Of a stretch of DNA of 64,000 bases, positions 38,240-53,103 are shown piece by piece (position 1 is the first letter of the stretch; every line of letters starts with the position of its first letter). A model generated the notes under the pieces. That model ran no database searches and had not been told where the DNA came from. It was given only the letters and a program-made list of their open reading frames with translations. A program made the translations under genes and the position numbers. This DNA is from Paraspadella gotoi (taxonomy: Eukaryota > Animalia > Chaetognatha), in NCBI GenBank assembly GCA_051294375.1, contig JBJCIZ010000744.1:210206-274205 (forward strand). The letters run 5' to 3'.

Positions 38240-39203
38240 GTGAAATTATTATCAAAAATTAATAAGATTAATTAGATATTAATGTGAAATTATTATCAAA
38301 ATTAATAAGATTAATTAGATATTAATGTGAAATTATATCAAAAATTAATAAGATTAATTAGATATTAATGTGAAATTATTATGCAAAAAATTAATAAGAT
38401 AATATAATTAGATATTAATGTGAAATTATTATCAGAAAATTAATAAGATTTAATTAGATATTAATGGTGAATTATTATCAAAAATTAATAAGATTAATTA
38501 GATATTAATGTGAAATTATTATCAAAAATTAATAAGATTAATTAGATATTAATGTGAAATTATTATCAAAAATTAATAAGATTAATTAGATATTAATGTG
38601 AAATTATTATCAAAAATTAATAAGATTAATTAGATATTAATGTGAAATTATTATCAAATAATAAGATTAATTAGATATTAATGTGAAATTATTATCAAAA
38701 ATTAATAAAGATTAATTTAGATATTAATGCGGAAATTATTATCAAAAAATTAATAAGATTAATTAGATATTAGATGCGAAATTATTATCAAAAAATTAAT
38801 AAGATTAATTAGATATTAATGTGAAATTATTATCAAAAATTAATAAGATTAATTAGATATTAATGCGAAATTATTATCAAAAATTAATAAGATTAATTAG
38901 ATATTAATGCGAAATTATTATCAAAATTAATAAGATTAATTAGATATTAATGCGAAATTATTATCCAAAAAAATAAGATTAATTAGATATTAATGTGAAA
39001 TTATTATCAAAAATTAATAAGATTAATTAGATATTAATGCGAAATTATTATCAAAAATTAATAAGAATTAATTAGATATTAATGCGAAATTATTATCAAA
39101 AATTAAATAAGATTAATTAGATATTAATGCGAAATTATTATCAAAAATTAATAGATTAATTAGATATTAATGCGAAATTATTATCAAAAATTAATAAGAT
39201 TAC
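38240..39203. repeat. 44-bp minisatellite, second copy
   Basis: Same unit and nearly the same order of variant units as 28540-29497. Confidence 0.95.
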
Positions 39204-39479
39204 NNNNNNNNNNNNNNNNNNNNNNNNNATAAGTTAACGATCAATTTATGCTATGAATAAATGGGCAGCACATGTTCTCCTTTCATGATATAGCATGACT
39301 AATATGGAGTTTCCGGGCTTACAATTGCTTATTCTCTTTTTTTTTTTTTGCTGTTCCTTCTTGGTACAGTATCGGTTTGATCTTTATGATATAATCCGTA
39401 GACTTTACTTCACTATGAACTGGTATGATTCTTTGGCTTTCCTTTCTCCATCAATCGGTGGATTTAGACTGTTACGTGC

Positions 39480-39990
39480 ACACAGTCTTTTTCTATATCT
39501 AAATTTTTATGGTTTTAACACTTGAAAAAGTATGATTAGGTGGTAAGAAATATGTAATAAACGTTGTCACCGATCCATGGACCCTTGCGTTAGTGGTTTT
39601 GCCGCCGCTTCGCTAGCTCCGACAGGATCGTTCCGAGCTCTATCCGGCCCAGTCCGTCCGGATTCGCTTAGTCTCGCCCATTTTCCGGCATTTTGTTTTT
39701 CCGAACTTGATAGCTTCGGCTCGAAAGATCCGCCATTTTTCTCTCAGTTCTTGTTAGCGACATGGAACGGCTTGGATTCTCGGTTTAAACGGCGCCGGGT
39801 TCTTTTAGAACGAAAATTAAGTAACACAAAAATGCCGGCGGACATATGAGGCATACAGATGACCGGGCATGACGATCATGACGTGAGGGCCTTGTGACTG
39901 TTGGGGTGGGGTAGGCACTCGGCACAGAGCCGAGAGGCTCCGGGCTAAAAAAAAAAAAAAAATAAGGATAAATTTTAAATTATTTTCTTT
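39480..39990 (-). pseudogene. Inverted, noisy copy of the protease TM exon and its flanks
   Basis: Reverse complement of ~24590-25000, with many insertions. Confidence 0.75.
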
Positions 39991-40539
39991 TTATATTTAA
40001 TTTATTTTTAAATAAACCAAAAGTGTGCGCTTTCTCTGCTTTGTGTATTTTCATTAGTTTACGAGAAATATTGTAATAAAGAAGGCTCGTCATTAAGCTG
40101 AAAGTTAATTCGAGCTAATTAGTTCACGTGAAAGATCGTTGAAAACTATTTTAAAATAATTGGAGGTGATAGATGATTACTTAAATAACAAAATAGGGAT
40201 AGAAAAACTTACCTATATAAATTTTCGAATTTAAATTTTTTTTTTCTCGAATAAAAATTTAGAAATGCCATTCGATGTTCAACGAATTTGGGAGATAAAT
40301 TTTAACAAAAGATTATTTTCANNNNNNNNNNNNNNNNNNNNNNNNNNNNNNNNNNNNNNNNNNNNNNNNNNNNNNNNNNNNNNNNNNNNNNNNNNNNNNN
40401 NNNNNNNNNNNNNNNNNNNNNNNNNNNNNNNNNNNNNNNNNNNNNNNNNNNNNNNNNNNNNNNNNNNNNNNNNNNNNNNNNNNNNNNNNNNNNNNNNNNN
40501 NNNNNNNNNNNNNNNNNNNNNNNNNNNNNNNNNNNNNNC

Positions 40540-42945
40540 AAACCGAAATCGATTCGCCCTTCCAATCCCTCGCGCTGAGTCGGGAACCGGTTGAAAAATA
40601 CATGACTTGTTTAGATATTTTAAAGTTTATTTCACAGATTATAAAAATAAAAATAAAAACTACAGGTCTGGTTTAGATATTTTAAAGTTTATTTCACAGA
40701 TTATAAAAATAAAAACAAAAACTACAGGTCTGGTTTAGATATTTTAAAGTTTATTTCACAGATTATAAAAACAAAAAAGACTTTATCTTATACAAGTTGT
40801 GAAGTTGAAAATATTGGAGCAATTTAGAATTATCATACAGTNNNNNNNNNNNNNNNNNNNNNNNNNNNNNNNNNNNNNNNNNNNNNNNNNNNNNNNNNNN
40901 NNNNNNNNNNNNNNNNNNNNNNNNNNNNNNNNNNNNNNNNNNNNNNNNNNNNNNNNNNNNNNNNNNNNNNNNNNNNNNNNNNNNNNNNNNNNNNNNNNNN
41001 NNNNNNNNNNNNNNNNNNNNNNNNNNNNNNNNNNNNNNNNNNNNNNNNNNNNNNNNNNNNNNNNNNNNNNNNNNNNNNNNNNNNTGATTAGTTTAAAATG
41101 TAATATTAGAAATCGATTTAGTAGTAGGAGAGAAACAATCTCATTGTAGAAAAGTTTATATGGCAAAAAGTTAAAAAATTCTGGGTCGCCTTACTCTACA
41201 CCTTTACTCTTTACCTTCCCTTTTCCCTCAGCACTTACCCCCTACTTTCCTCTCNNNNNNNNNNNNNNNNNNNNNNNNNNNNNNNNNNNNNNNNNNNNNN
41301 NNNNNNNNNNNNNNNNNNNNNNNNNNNNNNNNNNNNNNNNNNNNNNNNNNNNNNNNNNNNNNNNNNNNNNNNNNNNNNNNNNNNNNNNNNNNNNNNNNNN
41401 NNNNNNNNNNNNNNNNNNNNNNNNNNNNNNNNNNNNNNNNNNNCTCTCTCCAATCAGGATTGGCTCCCGACTCATTTTTCTTTCTCCGCTCGGCGTCTCT
41501 CACTTTTTTTTTCTCTGCCTTCGATGACCTTTGACCTNNNNNNNNNNGATCGGTGGAACATTGATAAACAGCTAGACAGATACACAAACAAATCCAAAAC
41601 CGACAGACAGACTGACATAATCATATTCCTCACCTCCTCACCTTGAACGAAAAGAGGGTAAGGTCTCGACGCTCTCTCTCTCTCTCTCTATCTCTGTCAC
41701 TCTCCCTCTTTTTCTTTATCTCTCTCTCTATCTCACCTTTTTAACTTTTTAATCNNNNNNNNNNNNNNNNNNNNNNNNNNNNNNNNNNNNNNNNNNNNNN
41801 NNNNNNNNNNNNNNNNNNNNNNNNNNNNNNNNNNNNNNNNNNNNNNNNNNNNNNNNNNNNNNNNNNNNNNNNNNNNNNNNNNNNNNNNNNNNNNNNNNNN
41901 NNNNNNNNNNNNNNNNNNNNNNNNNNNNNNNNNNNNNNNNNNNNNNNNNNNNNNNNNNNNNNNNNNNNNNNNNNNNNNNNNNNNNAAAAAAAACGAACTA
42001 TTTTTGATCTCTGTTGATCATCGTCGTCTTTGTCTCTTATTCGTCGTTGTCATCGTTTAGTCGTCGTTTTTGTCATCGTCTTTACAATTATTGTTCATTT
42101 CCCTAAAATCCTTTGTCCTTTGTTCACTCACCTCTATCACTATCACTATCACTATCACTAACCTCAAACTTGTCTTCTCTTTTCTCTTACTTCCTTCGCT
42201 ACAACGAACCTTACCAGAACTCACCACAAGTCTTAATTCGACCCTACCCCAATCTCTAACCCCAAACCCTAACCAAGTAACCATATTCTCTAACCCCAAC
42301 CCCTATCCATATTCTCTAACCCCAATCCTCCAAAATCTCACTTTTTGGTGTTTTGACTTTGGAATTGACTTCGATTGCTTCGTCGACTCGAAGACGCCAG
42401 GCATGCGCCCCCCTCTGCCTCCCCCCAAACTGAATAACAAATTCCTCTCCCTTTTTCTTTGTCTTTTTGTCTCTGTGTTTCAGTACAATGTTAAAATGGT
42501 AAAATTGAAAACAAAAATTGGGGTTTAAAACTCACAGAACATAAAAAAAAACCTTTAGATATCTTTAGGTAACTATACTGGAAAACATTAAGCTAAATTT
42601 TATATTTATGATTATAAAAGTATCTAATAGACGAAAATTGTCAAGTTACAAGGACGAAATTGATTTCCTTGTAAAAAGTTTGTATATGAATCGATAATTA
42701 AAATTAATAATATTACTTTATAAAATTGATACCAAAAAAATCCATTTTAGAATTTAATTTCGTTTTTTTCACCTTCACTCATGGATAAGAGACAATCACC
42801 CTCAAATTCACGGTCGCCCCAGCCCCAGCCCCAGCCATCCCCGGCTAACCCCTCTCTTCCTTCGGCTCTCTCGAGGTCACCCAACATTTATGAGCCACCA
42901 AATTTCTTCTTATCGCATAACACGAGTCGAGAAAAAGAGGAGGGA
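40540..42945. repeat. Direct duplicate of ~50350-52905, including a ~62-bp tandem repeat at 40605-40770
   Basis: Co-linear landmarks (cgattcgcccttccaatccctcgcg, gacgccaggcatgcgcccc, ccagccccagccccag). Confidence 0.9.
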
Positions 42946-43514
42946 TGGGAGAGAAGGGGAAGAGCAATTCATTTCAAATCTCAAACGGCGCCACGCCAAG
43001 CAGTGGTAAGTAAGAGATACATTCTCTAGAATAATTACTAAATGAGATTGAGATTTCATCATCTCATCATATAGTAGTAAATCATTTTATGCTCATATGA
43101 ATTTCTGACTGTAATATTTTTAGGCATATATTTGGATATATACTTTTCATTATAGTTTAGTAGTTTTAATTGATCATAGATAATTTTGTTGATAATTTGA
43201 TAGAGCATTTTTAATTTATTCATAATCTATTGAAGAGTTCTATCTCTATCCTGGCTGACCTTTTTCATAACTCATAAATACTTATATTCAAAGGTGAAAT
43301 CAATGCCAGCTTGGATCAAGGAGTATTCTACATATCTCTAGAGCAAAATATCTCTGAATCCCTGCTCAAGTATAAGTGTTGAATAGTTGTTTTAAATAAA
43401 CAATAATTATAATAATAAAATAAATGTTTCTATTTTGTCATTTAGCTATTTAGCTATTGTAATAAATCCAGAAACTAGAAAGGCACGCGCAGAGCCAACT
43501 ATCACTGAATATAA
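42781..43514 (+). CDS. Candidate small exons of an unknown gene (42781-43006, ~43274-43369, ~43446-43514)
   Basis: ATG ORF ending at a gtaagt donor; AG/GT-bounded open segments GEINASLDQGVFYISLEQNISESLLK and YLAIVINPETRKARAEPTITEYK; no homology recognised. Confidence 0.25.
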
Positions 43515-43567
43515 GTAAACAAATAATATATAATTCATAACCTGAGTCTCCACTCACTATATAAGGC

Positions 43568-46500
43568 AGGGGGGGGAATAAAAATGCCCTGATTAGCAGG
43601 TGTTTAATTTAAAACTCTGCTGATTTGGGTGATTTTAATTATTGAATTGATTAAATATTATTATGTATTATTATTATTATTATTATTTATTATATTATTA
43701 TTATATATATTATAGATAATTATTATCATAATCTATTTCAAATATTTGATTGATATTTTTTTATTTTTTTTAATTTTTTATTTTTTTGATTTTGATTTTA
43801 TTATTTGATTGATTTTATTTTGACTGGTAAAATTTATATAAATTAACTTAAGATTTAATTTTAATTCGTATTTGATCGAATTTATTACTTGACCTAATTC
43901 ATTATTTTTTTTATTGATTTTTTAGTATATTAATTAATAAATCCCCCCCCCAAAAAAACAAACAAAAGGAACCCCGCCTAGCGATTCCACCGCCTACGAC
44001 GAAACTCTCTTCTCACGCTTTCTCAACTCGGGTCGCCATCTTGGCCACCCCACTCTCCGGCTTCGCTGCTGCCGCCGCGCCCTGCCCCGTTTCCTCTATC
44101 GCGCGGCCCGGTGGGCGGTGTCGATGCAGCCTCTTCCCTCGCCTCTACGCCGAAGTAAATCGTCTCGTTTCTCACGTCAGTTTCACCTCGACGTCGAAAA
44201 ACGTCTCTCGGCGCGATGTGAGTCGTTGTTGCGAACATCGCGGAAGGCGGACGGAATATGACATTGCTCTTCCATGTCGCCATCGAGCCCGGGGGTCGAG
44301 AAAGAAGAGAAGAAGAGAAGGGGAGGAGGACGCTCGCGGTCGGAGCCGAATGCGAGAGAGAGCGAGAGGAGAGCGGCGTCGTACAGATAGAGGAATAGAT
44401 AAATAGTCTTTATCTTTTCTATGTAATGTGTGTCTTATAACATGAATGATAATTATTAATTATTGTGATAGCATTTTCACCGTCGACTTCCGAAAAAAGC
44501 TTCAAGACTTTTAATGTTTAAAGTTTACTTCTAATACATTGTACAACTATGACATTGCCACGATGGACTATGCATTGCACATTCTCGACGATTCGAGATT
44601 AAAAATTCGGAATTATACACAATTTGTTTTCTTCAACCGACGATTTTTCGACTATCCGATTTCCCCCCCTCACTCCAAACCACACCCCCCACTCCCCGGT
44701 CGCCTCAGGTCGACCCCCGTTTCACCCCGTCGACATCGAGAGCATTCCCAACCACCCCGAGGAGCGGGAGTCTCCTTCCCGATGGGCCACCAAGTTCCTC
44801 TCGAGAATGTTCGAAGAAGTAGACTGCGAATGATGAAGGGAATCAAGTATCTAGATTCGAATGCGGCCCGGTCGATTTGTGAGAAGTTGGAAGGGTTTGT
44901 TGGGGGGAGGGCAGTCGATTGCGTGAAGAGTTGAAAGGTTTGTGGGGGGTAGTCGGGGGTCTTTTTGTGAACTTCCCAATAACTCGGCCGACTGTCTTAT
45001 GGATTGAGGGAAAGTCCCATTTAGACATTAGCGTCATTTGAAATCCAATTCCCGTAGACTTATCCCCATTTGGGGATTTTAGGGATCTGGTGCGGTTCTT
45101 TGGTAAAGGTTTTGGGTAAGTTTGGAGACCTTTGGGGGTGAATTGTTGTCCTAATACGTATGCAGTTATTGATGTACTGTGAAATTAGATTTTATAGTCA
45201 CGGTATAATTAACACTTGCCTGTTTTATTTATTTCTTCCTTTTCCATTTTTCATGGATTATATTTTTATCATTTGCTCTCGCTGACATCATCTCATCACC
45301 CAGCTGTTTTGTTATTTTAGTGCGTAGTGGCGGTTACCGCGTATTTTATAATTAATTAATATTATTCGTTGTGTTAAAGCGTATCTTGGTTTTAAAGTGC
45401 TAATTATTGAAGCGACGTGATTCAAAGTTGTCATTTGTTTAATTTCTGTATGAATTAAATTGTTTAATTCTATCATTAATATTTTAAGATGATTAGCCAA
45501 ACAATATAAATGCAGTTGAAAATTTGTCTGAGAGCAACGAGTGAAATGTCTGGGTCATTATCACGATCTTTTAAATCATCAATTTTTCAGCATCATTGAA
45601 TGAAAATTCATTCTCGCATCTCTCCCTCTCAACTTTTTCACCAATGATCCGATTCTCTCGTGCCTCGAATTAGTTTCACGATTTTATCGGGTCTCTCCTC
45701 TTCCTCTTCCTCCTCCTCCTCTTCTTCACTCTCCCCCCCGAAAAGGATAAACCAGAATAAGAGAGACGAGAGAGAGAGAGAAGACGAGAGGAGAGAGAGA
45801 ATTGAGTGTTTTCCTTTATTTTCGCTATTTTTTACTCTTTTTCTTCAGAAGTTTCATTTTCGAACTTTCGATCTCTTCAACCTTCGCCGCCCCCTCCCTC
45901 GCTCCCTGGCCCGCGCCACCGCCCCCCTATAAAACCAGAAGAATGTTTTTTTTTTTGCCAAACGCAAGAAAATGGAAGAGTTAACCTTATTCACGCCCAG
46001 GGGCATTTCGAACAAAATATGGCATTCTGCGACGCGTACAGCCGCGAGCCTGCCGCCGCAGACTGCGGCAGTGCGCCGTCCGCTGCCGCCAGAGAAAAAA
46101 ACAAATGGCGGCCGACCCAGAAACCGGCTCGCAGATTCGTTAAGACAAGATAAAGAAAGAGACGCCGACGCGTCTGAGTGAGTGGCGTCTTGAGGTCAAA
46201 GAAGTCGGTTGGCCCCCCTGCCAAACTGAAGTGGGGCGTCTTAAATCGCAAAATGTTGGCTCACCCAGTTGGAAAGTGGCCTGTCTTAAAAAGCAGAAAT
46301 GTTGGCGTCGACCCAGTTGAAAGTGGCCGTCTTAGATTGGCAGAAATGTTGGCCCCACGCCTAGTTGAAAGGTGGCCGTCTTAAATCCCGGCAAAAATGG
46401 TTGGCTCACCGCAGTTTGAAAGTGGGCCTTCTCTAAATGCGCAAAATGGTTGCTCACCCATTTGGAGAGTGGGCCGTTTAAATGGCCAAATGAGTGGCGT

Positions 46501-48160
46501 ACCCGAGTTGAAGTGGGCCGTCTTTAATGGCAAAATGTTTGGCGCATATCTGAGTAAAAGCTAAAGCAGAAAAATCAACAAAATGATGAAACAGTAATCG
46601 TTGAACTGGAAACCGTTGGCCTCCCGTTCAGAATGCAGTACTGTCTTAGACTGAATGATGGATTTTCCTAACATTAAATGACGGAATATCGTTTGGCCCG
46701 TCCTGTGAGCTAGATTCTTCAATAACAAAGCGCGAGACTTCCGAGTGTAAAAATTGGTCATAAAGTATTCACATGTTTGTGTCAAAAAAACTGTTTAAAA
46801 AAAGTATAAAAATCAATAAATTAATTTTATCAAAAGAAGAAAAAAAATCATCCTTATTGAGGAAAATCTTACAACAGCGATTTCATGATACTTTCCACGG
46901 GCGCGACGTGAACTGACTCGGCCAAACTCACCTCACCTTCTTGCTTGACAGACCAACCCATCAATGAACTCCATCATTCCAAACCAGAAAAACCACCCCA
47001 AGGCTTCAATCTCTCCGAATTAAAGTGGAGCATAAACGGGTCTCCTAAAACTCGACTCGGCTAAGCGTTAGGTTGAGGTACAGGGTGTGTGAGATAGGAG
47101 TGGGAGAGAGAGAGAGAGAGAGAGAGTTTTTTTTGGGGGGTGGTGGTAGTTTGTGAGGGAGGGAGTGGGCAGGGAAAGTTTTTTTAGTTCTCATTTGACG
47201 ATAACATGAGAGGAAGGAGGAGAGGAGGGAGCAAAGAAGAGAGAGAGACCATAAAAACTCCTGGGCAACAACCGTGGTAATTCCCAGCTCGCGCGAGGCA
47301 CCAGTGCGGCCGGGGGTAAGATGAACGAATGGTGAGACAGTGAACAGCGTTAGTACCTTCACCGCCGACAAGTTGAACTAGGCGGTCGACTCGGAAAAGA
47401 AGTCACCGACTAGAAGAAAACAAAAGGGCCTGCTTTGAAGTTCTGTTTAAATTCGGATAAAAAAAAGTTGAAACATTCGTGACGGCTTTGCATGTGCCGA
47501 ACGTCACCTTCTTCATGTTAAGGTTCCAAATCGTGACCACCGTCCGCTTGGTAAAGGAATGCGATTACCGTTATCGTCATCATAGTCGTCAACTCCAAGC
47601 AGGCGACAAAGATAACTTAACCTAGTTATTTTTATGGGATCGTACTTTTCGGTATTCTATCTTTCACTCCCAGTTTCCACTAGTTGCCCCCTCTCGACCC
47701 GCTTTCTATTGCCGGCGTTTGGAGGGGTGGTGTGGGTGGCGCTGGGAAGGGAGAGATCTTGAGGGGTTGGAAAAAAAAGAGCCGAATTTTCGGTGTCCCG
47801 CTGTCCCGGTCATGTTTTTTGGGGTGGTGTGTTGGGGGAAAGCACGGTGAAGAGCAGGTTTTTGGTGAAGAACGCTCAGCCGAAAATGCTGAAGAAAGAA
47901 AAATAAAAATGCTCTCAATCAGAAATACGCAAAGACTTGAAGGGGGGTGTTAAGGGTTAAGGGTGAGTTTTATGGGGTAAAGTTCAAAGCACCGACAAAG
48001 GGTGACACTGCTATCGTGTGATGCTTAAGAGAACTTATGTGAACGTTGGGTTGTGCAGGGAGTGTTGCTGGGGATGGGACTCTGTGGGCGAATCGTGGGC
48101 TCTCGTCTCTCTCTCTCGCTCCTCTCTCTCGTCTCTTCCTCTCTCTCCTTCTCTCCTCTC

Positions 48161-48192
<32 letters not shown>

Positions 48193-48326
48193 CCCTATCT
48201 TTCGAATCTCAGTATCCTCTTTTTTATGTCTGAATACGTTCTCTTTCGTCCCCCCCTGTTCCACGTACCCTAGCCCCGTTTAACCCCGACCCCATTTGCT
48301 ACCCGCCTCCCTTATCTTCCCAGCTC
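43568..48326. repeat. Left arm of a ~4.7-kb inverted duplication (right arm ~52905-57553)
   Basis: For example gtcgccatcttggccac near 44032 is the reverse complement of gtggccaagatggcgac at 57101; co-linear in reverse throughout. Confidence 0.9.
46200..46545. repeat. ~42-bp tandem repeat (aaatgttggctcacccagttgaaagtggccgtcttaaatggc), about 8 copies
   Basis: Visible units; reverse copies at ~54805-55040. Confidence 0.85.
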
Positions 48327-48351
48327 NNNNNNNNNNNNNNNNNNNNNNNNN

Positions 48352-48791
48352 CAAATGAAGGACCTTTTTTTCTAGTCGGTGACTTCTTTCTCGAGTGACC
48401 CGCCTGTTCAACTTCGGGGTGAGGTACTTAACCGTGTTCACTGTTCAACCTTCGTTCAATCCTTACCCCCGGCGCACTGGTGCCTCGCGCGAGCGGGAAT
48501 ACACGGTTGTTGCCCAGAAGAGTTTTTATGGTCTCTCTCTCTCTCTTTCTCCCCTCCTCTCTCTCNNNNNNNNNNNNNNNNNNNNNNNNNNNNNNNNNNN
48601 NNNNNNNNNNNNNNNNNNNNNNNNNNNNNNNNNNNNNNNNNNNNNNNNNNNNNNNNNNNNNNNNNNNNNNNNNNNNNNNNNNNNNNNNNNNNNNNNNNNN
48701 NNNNNNNNNNNNNNNNNNNNNNNNNNNNNNNNNNNNNNNNNNNNNNNNNNNNNNNNNNNNNNNNNNNNNNNNNNNNNNNNNNNNNNNNNNN

Positions 48792-48828
<37 letters not shown>

Positions 48829-49829
48829 CCTGACCTCAACCTAACCTTAGCCGAGTCGAGTTTTAGAGACGCCGTTTAATGCTCCACTTTAATCGGAGAG
48901 ATTGAAGCCTTGGGCGTCGTTTTCTGGTTTGGGAGATGGAGTTCATTGATGTGGGTTGGTCTGGTAAGAAGAAGGTGAGGTAGTTTGGCGAGTCAGTTCA
49001 TGTCGCGCTGGAAAATACATGAAATCGCGTTTAAGATTTTCGCTCAAAAAGGATGATTTTTTTTTCTTCTTTGATAAAATTAATTTATTGTTTTTATACT
49101 TTTTTTTAAACAGTTCTTTGACACAAACATGTGAATACTTAAGGACCACATTTTTACCCGGAAAGTCTCGCTTTGTTATTGAAGAACTGCTCACAGGACG
49201 GCGCCAACGATTTCAGCATTAAAAATGATTTTTAAGGAAAAACCATATTTCCAGTTAAGACAGTATGCATTCTGAAGGGGCCAACGGTTTCCCAGTTCAA
49301 GATATGTTCTATCATTTTGTTGACTTTTTCTCTTTAGCTTTTACTCAGATATGCGCAAACATTTTGCCATTAAAGACGGCCCACTTTCAACTGGGTGAGC
49401 CAACCATTTTGCNNNNNNNNNNNNNNNNNNNNNNNNNNNNNNNNNNNNNNNNNNNNNNNNNNNNNNNNNNNNNNNNNNNNNNNNNNNNNNNNNNNNNNNN
49501 NNNNNNNNNNNNNNNNNNNNNNNNNNNNNNNNNNNNNNNNNNNNNNNNNNNNNNNNNNNNNNNNNNNNNNNNNNNNNNNNNNNNNNNNNNNNNNNNNNNN
49601 NNNNNNNNNNNNNNNNNNNNNNNNNNNNNNNNNNNNNNNNNNNNNNNNNNNNNNNNNNNNNNNNNNNNNNNNNNNNNNNNNNNNNNNNNNNNNNNNNNNN
49701 NNNNNNNNNNNNNNNNNNNAACCATTTTGACACTCAAGACGCCCTACACTCAGACGGCGTCGGCGTCTCTTTCTTTATCTTTCTTTAACGAATCTCGACG
49801 CCGGTTTCTGGGTCGGCGCCATTTTTTTT
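48352..49829. repeat. Additional inverted copy of ~46100-47440 (direct copy of ~53933-55120)
   Basis: Sequence match, bounded by N gaps. Confidence 0.85.
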
Positions 49830-50042
49830 NNNNNNNNNNNNNNNNNNNNNNNNNNNNNNNNNNNNNNNNNNNNNNNNNNNNNNNNNNNNNNNNNNNNNNN
49901 NNNNNNNNNNNNNNNNNNNNNNNNNNNNNGAAGTGGTATAATATTTCAAAGAATGCTTCAATTGTATGACGTTATAAAGAAAAAAAAAATATCACAATAG
50001 AACAAGAATAACTATTTAGTATTTATCTCTCTCTATCTGTAA

Positions 50043-50080
<38 letters not shown>

Positions 50081-51315
50081 NNNNNNNNNNNNNNNNNNNN
50101 NNNNNTTTTTTTTTTCTCGAATAAAAATTTAGAAATGCCATTCGATGTTCAAGGAATTTGGCGATAATTTTACAAAAGATTATTTTCACGTCAATTGACA
50201 TTCCCCGCCTTCCTCAAACCTCACCACCCCCCCACCAAAACCTCATCACCTCTGTCTCACCCAACTCTTCCCTTCATCCTGACTTTCCTCACCCTTCCAT
50301 ACTCACCAAGACCAACTCACCCAAAGTACATCTTCGCCTTCTGCTTCATTTTTCAACCGAATCGATTCGCCCTTCCAATCCCTCGCGCTGATTCGAACCG
50401 TTTGAAAAATACATGACTTGTTTAAGATTTTAAAGTTTATTTCACAGATTATAAAAATAAAAACAAAACTACAGTCTGGTTTAGTATTTAAGTTTATTTC
50501 ACAGATTATAAAATAAAAACAAAAACTACAAGGTTGGTTTAGATATTTTAAAGTTATTTCACAGATTATAAAAATAAAAACAAAAACTACAGGTCTGGTT
50601 TAGATATTTTAAAGTTTATTTTATAGATTATAAAAACAAAAAGACTTTATCTTATACAAGTTGAAAATATTGAGCAATTTTAGAATTATCATACAGTTTT
50701 TTTTTTTGTTATGGATTCAGCTCGGCTTAAAAAGTAGTATCTTATGTTTTCTTATCTTATGTTTCATCAGTAAAATTATCAAATACTTTGAAATTTATTG
50801 ATTGATGATGGATTAGTTTAACATGTAATTAGAAATCGTTTAGTAGTAGGAGAGAAACAATCTCATTGTAGAAAAGTTTATATGGCAAAAAGTTAAAAAT
50901 TCTGGGTCGGCCTTACTATACACCTTTACTCTTTACCTTCCCTTTTCCCTCAGCAATTACCCCCTACTTTTCCTCTCTCCTCTCTCCAGATCAGGATTGG
51001 TTCCCCCTTACTCTACACCCCACTCTTTCACCTTTCCTTTTCCCTCAGCACTTACCCCCTACTTTCCCTCCTTTCTCTCCAATCAGATGGTCCCTCCTTA
51101 CTCCTACACCCACTCTTTTCCTTCCCTTCCCTCTCAGCACTTCCCCTCTCTCTCTCCAATCAGGATTGGCTCCCGACTCATTTTTCTTTCTCCGCTCGCG
51201 TCTTCACTTTTTTTTTCTCTGCTCGATGACCTTTGACCTCAACCCTAAGTCGAAGGAGGGGGGAACCCCGCCCCTTTTCCTTAACCCCTCCGCCCCTGCC
51301 GACGCCAGCTCATTC

Positions 51316-51359
<44 letters not shown>

Positions 51360-51455
51360 CTTGGCATTCAAAGACGTGATATATCGTTCGAAAACCCGTC
51401 GTTACTTTTCCCTCGGCGCTCGCGAGTCGAGACCACGGCCCCCTTTTTTTTGGAG

Positions 51456-51500
<45 letters not shown>

Positions 51501-52904
51501 GAGAGAGAGAGAGAGAGAGACAGAAAGAGTAAACATCGACCGGCATAAAAAAGACAAGAAATAAGAAAACGACGAAAGGAACGAAAAACGGATAGACAGA
51601 CAGACAGACAGACAGACAGTTTGGATCGGTGGACATTGATTAAACAGCTAGACAGATACACAGATGGGAATCCAAAACACAGACGACTGACATATCAATC
51701 CTCACCTCTCACCTTGAACGAAAAGAGGTAGGTCTCGACGCTCTCTCTCTCTCTCTCTCTCTATCCTCGTCACTCTCCTCTTTTTCTTATCTGCTCTCTC
51801 AATCTCACCTTTTTTAACTTTTAATCCTTTCCGCCCCCCCCCAATCCTCTTCTCGCCTTCTTCCCCTCCTCCTTCGTCTCTACTTTTCTTCCTCCTCCAC
51901 CTTTCTCTTCTCTTCTTTTTCCTCTCTTCTTCTTCTTCCTTCCTCCTCTTATCTTCCTCCCATCTTTGCAAAAAAAAAAAAAACTAACTATTTTGATCTC
52001 TGTTGATCATCGTCGTCTTTGTCTCTTATTCGTCGTTGTCATCGTTTAGTCGTGTTTTTGTCATACGTCTTTACAATATTTTGTTCATTTCCCTAAAATC
52101 CTTGTCCTTTGTTCACTCACCTCTATCACTATCACTATCACTCTCACAACCTCCAACTTGTCTTCTCTTTTCTCTTACTTCCTTCGCTACACGAACCTTA
52201 CCAGAACTCACCACAAGTCTTAATTGACCCTACCCTTTTTTCCAATCTCTAACACCAAACCCCCCCTAACCAAGTAACTAATTTCTCTAACCCCAACCCT
52301 ATCCATATTCTCCAACCCCAATCCTCCAAAATCTCACTTTTTGGTGTTTTGACTTTGGAATTGACTTCGATTGCTTCGTCGATTCGAGACGCCAGGCATG
52401 CGCCCCTTCGCTCCCCCAAACTGAATTACAAATTCCTTTCCCCTTTTTCTTTGTCTTTTTGTCTCTGTGTTTCAGTACAATGTTAAAATGGTAAAATTAA
52501 AAACAAAAATTGGGTTTAAACTCACAGAACATAAAAAAAACCTTTAGATTCTTTAGGTACACTATACTTGGAAAACATAAGCTAATTTATATTTATGTTT
52601 ATAAAAGTATCTAATAGACGAAAATTGTCAAGTTACAAGGACGAAATTGATTCCTTGTAAAAAGTTTTGTATATGATCGATAATTAAAATTGATACCAAA
52701 AAAAATCCATTTTAGAATTTAATTTCGTTTTTCACCTTCACTCATGATAAGAGACAATCACCCTCAAATCACGGTCGCCCCAGCCCCAGCCCCAGCATCC
52801 CCGGCTAACCCTCTCTTCCTTCGGCTCTCTCGAGTCACCCAACATTTATGAGCCACCAAATTTCTTCTTATCGCATAACACGAGTCGAGAAAAAGAGGAG
52901 AGAT

Positions 52905-53063
52905 GGGAAGATAAGGGGAGGGGGTAGCAAATGGGTCGGGTTAAACGGGGCTAGGGGTCACGTTGGAACAGGGGGACGAAAGAGAACGTAATCAGAACAT
53001 AAAAAAAAGGAATAAGATTCGAAACGATAGAGGAGAGAGGAGGAGAGAGAGAGAAGAGAGGAG

Positions 53064-53103
<40 letters not shown>

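Noticed and set aside
40265-41587. ORFs spanning N runs (also 48379-49969)
   Set aside because: They are open only because of assembly gaps.
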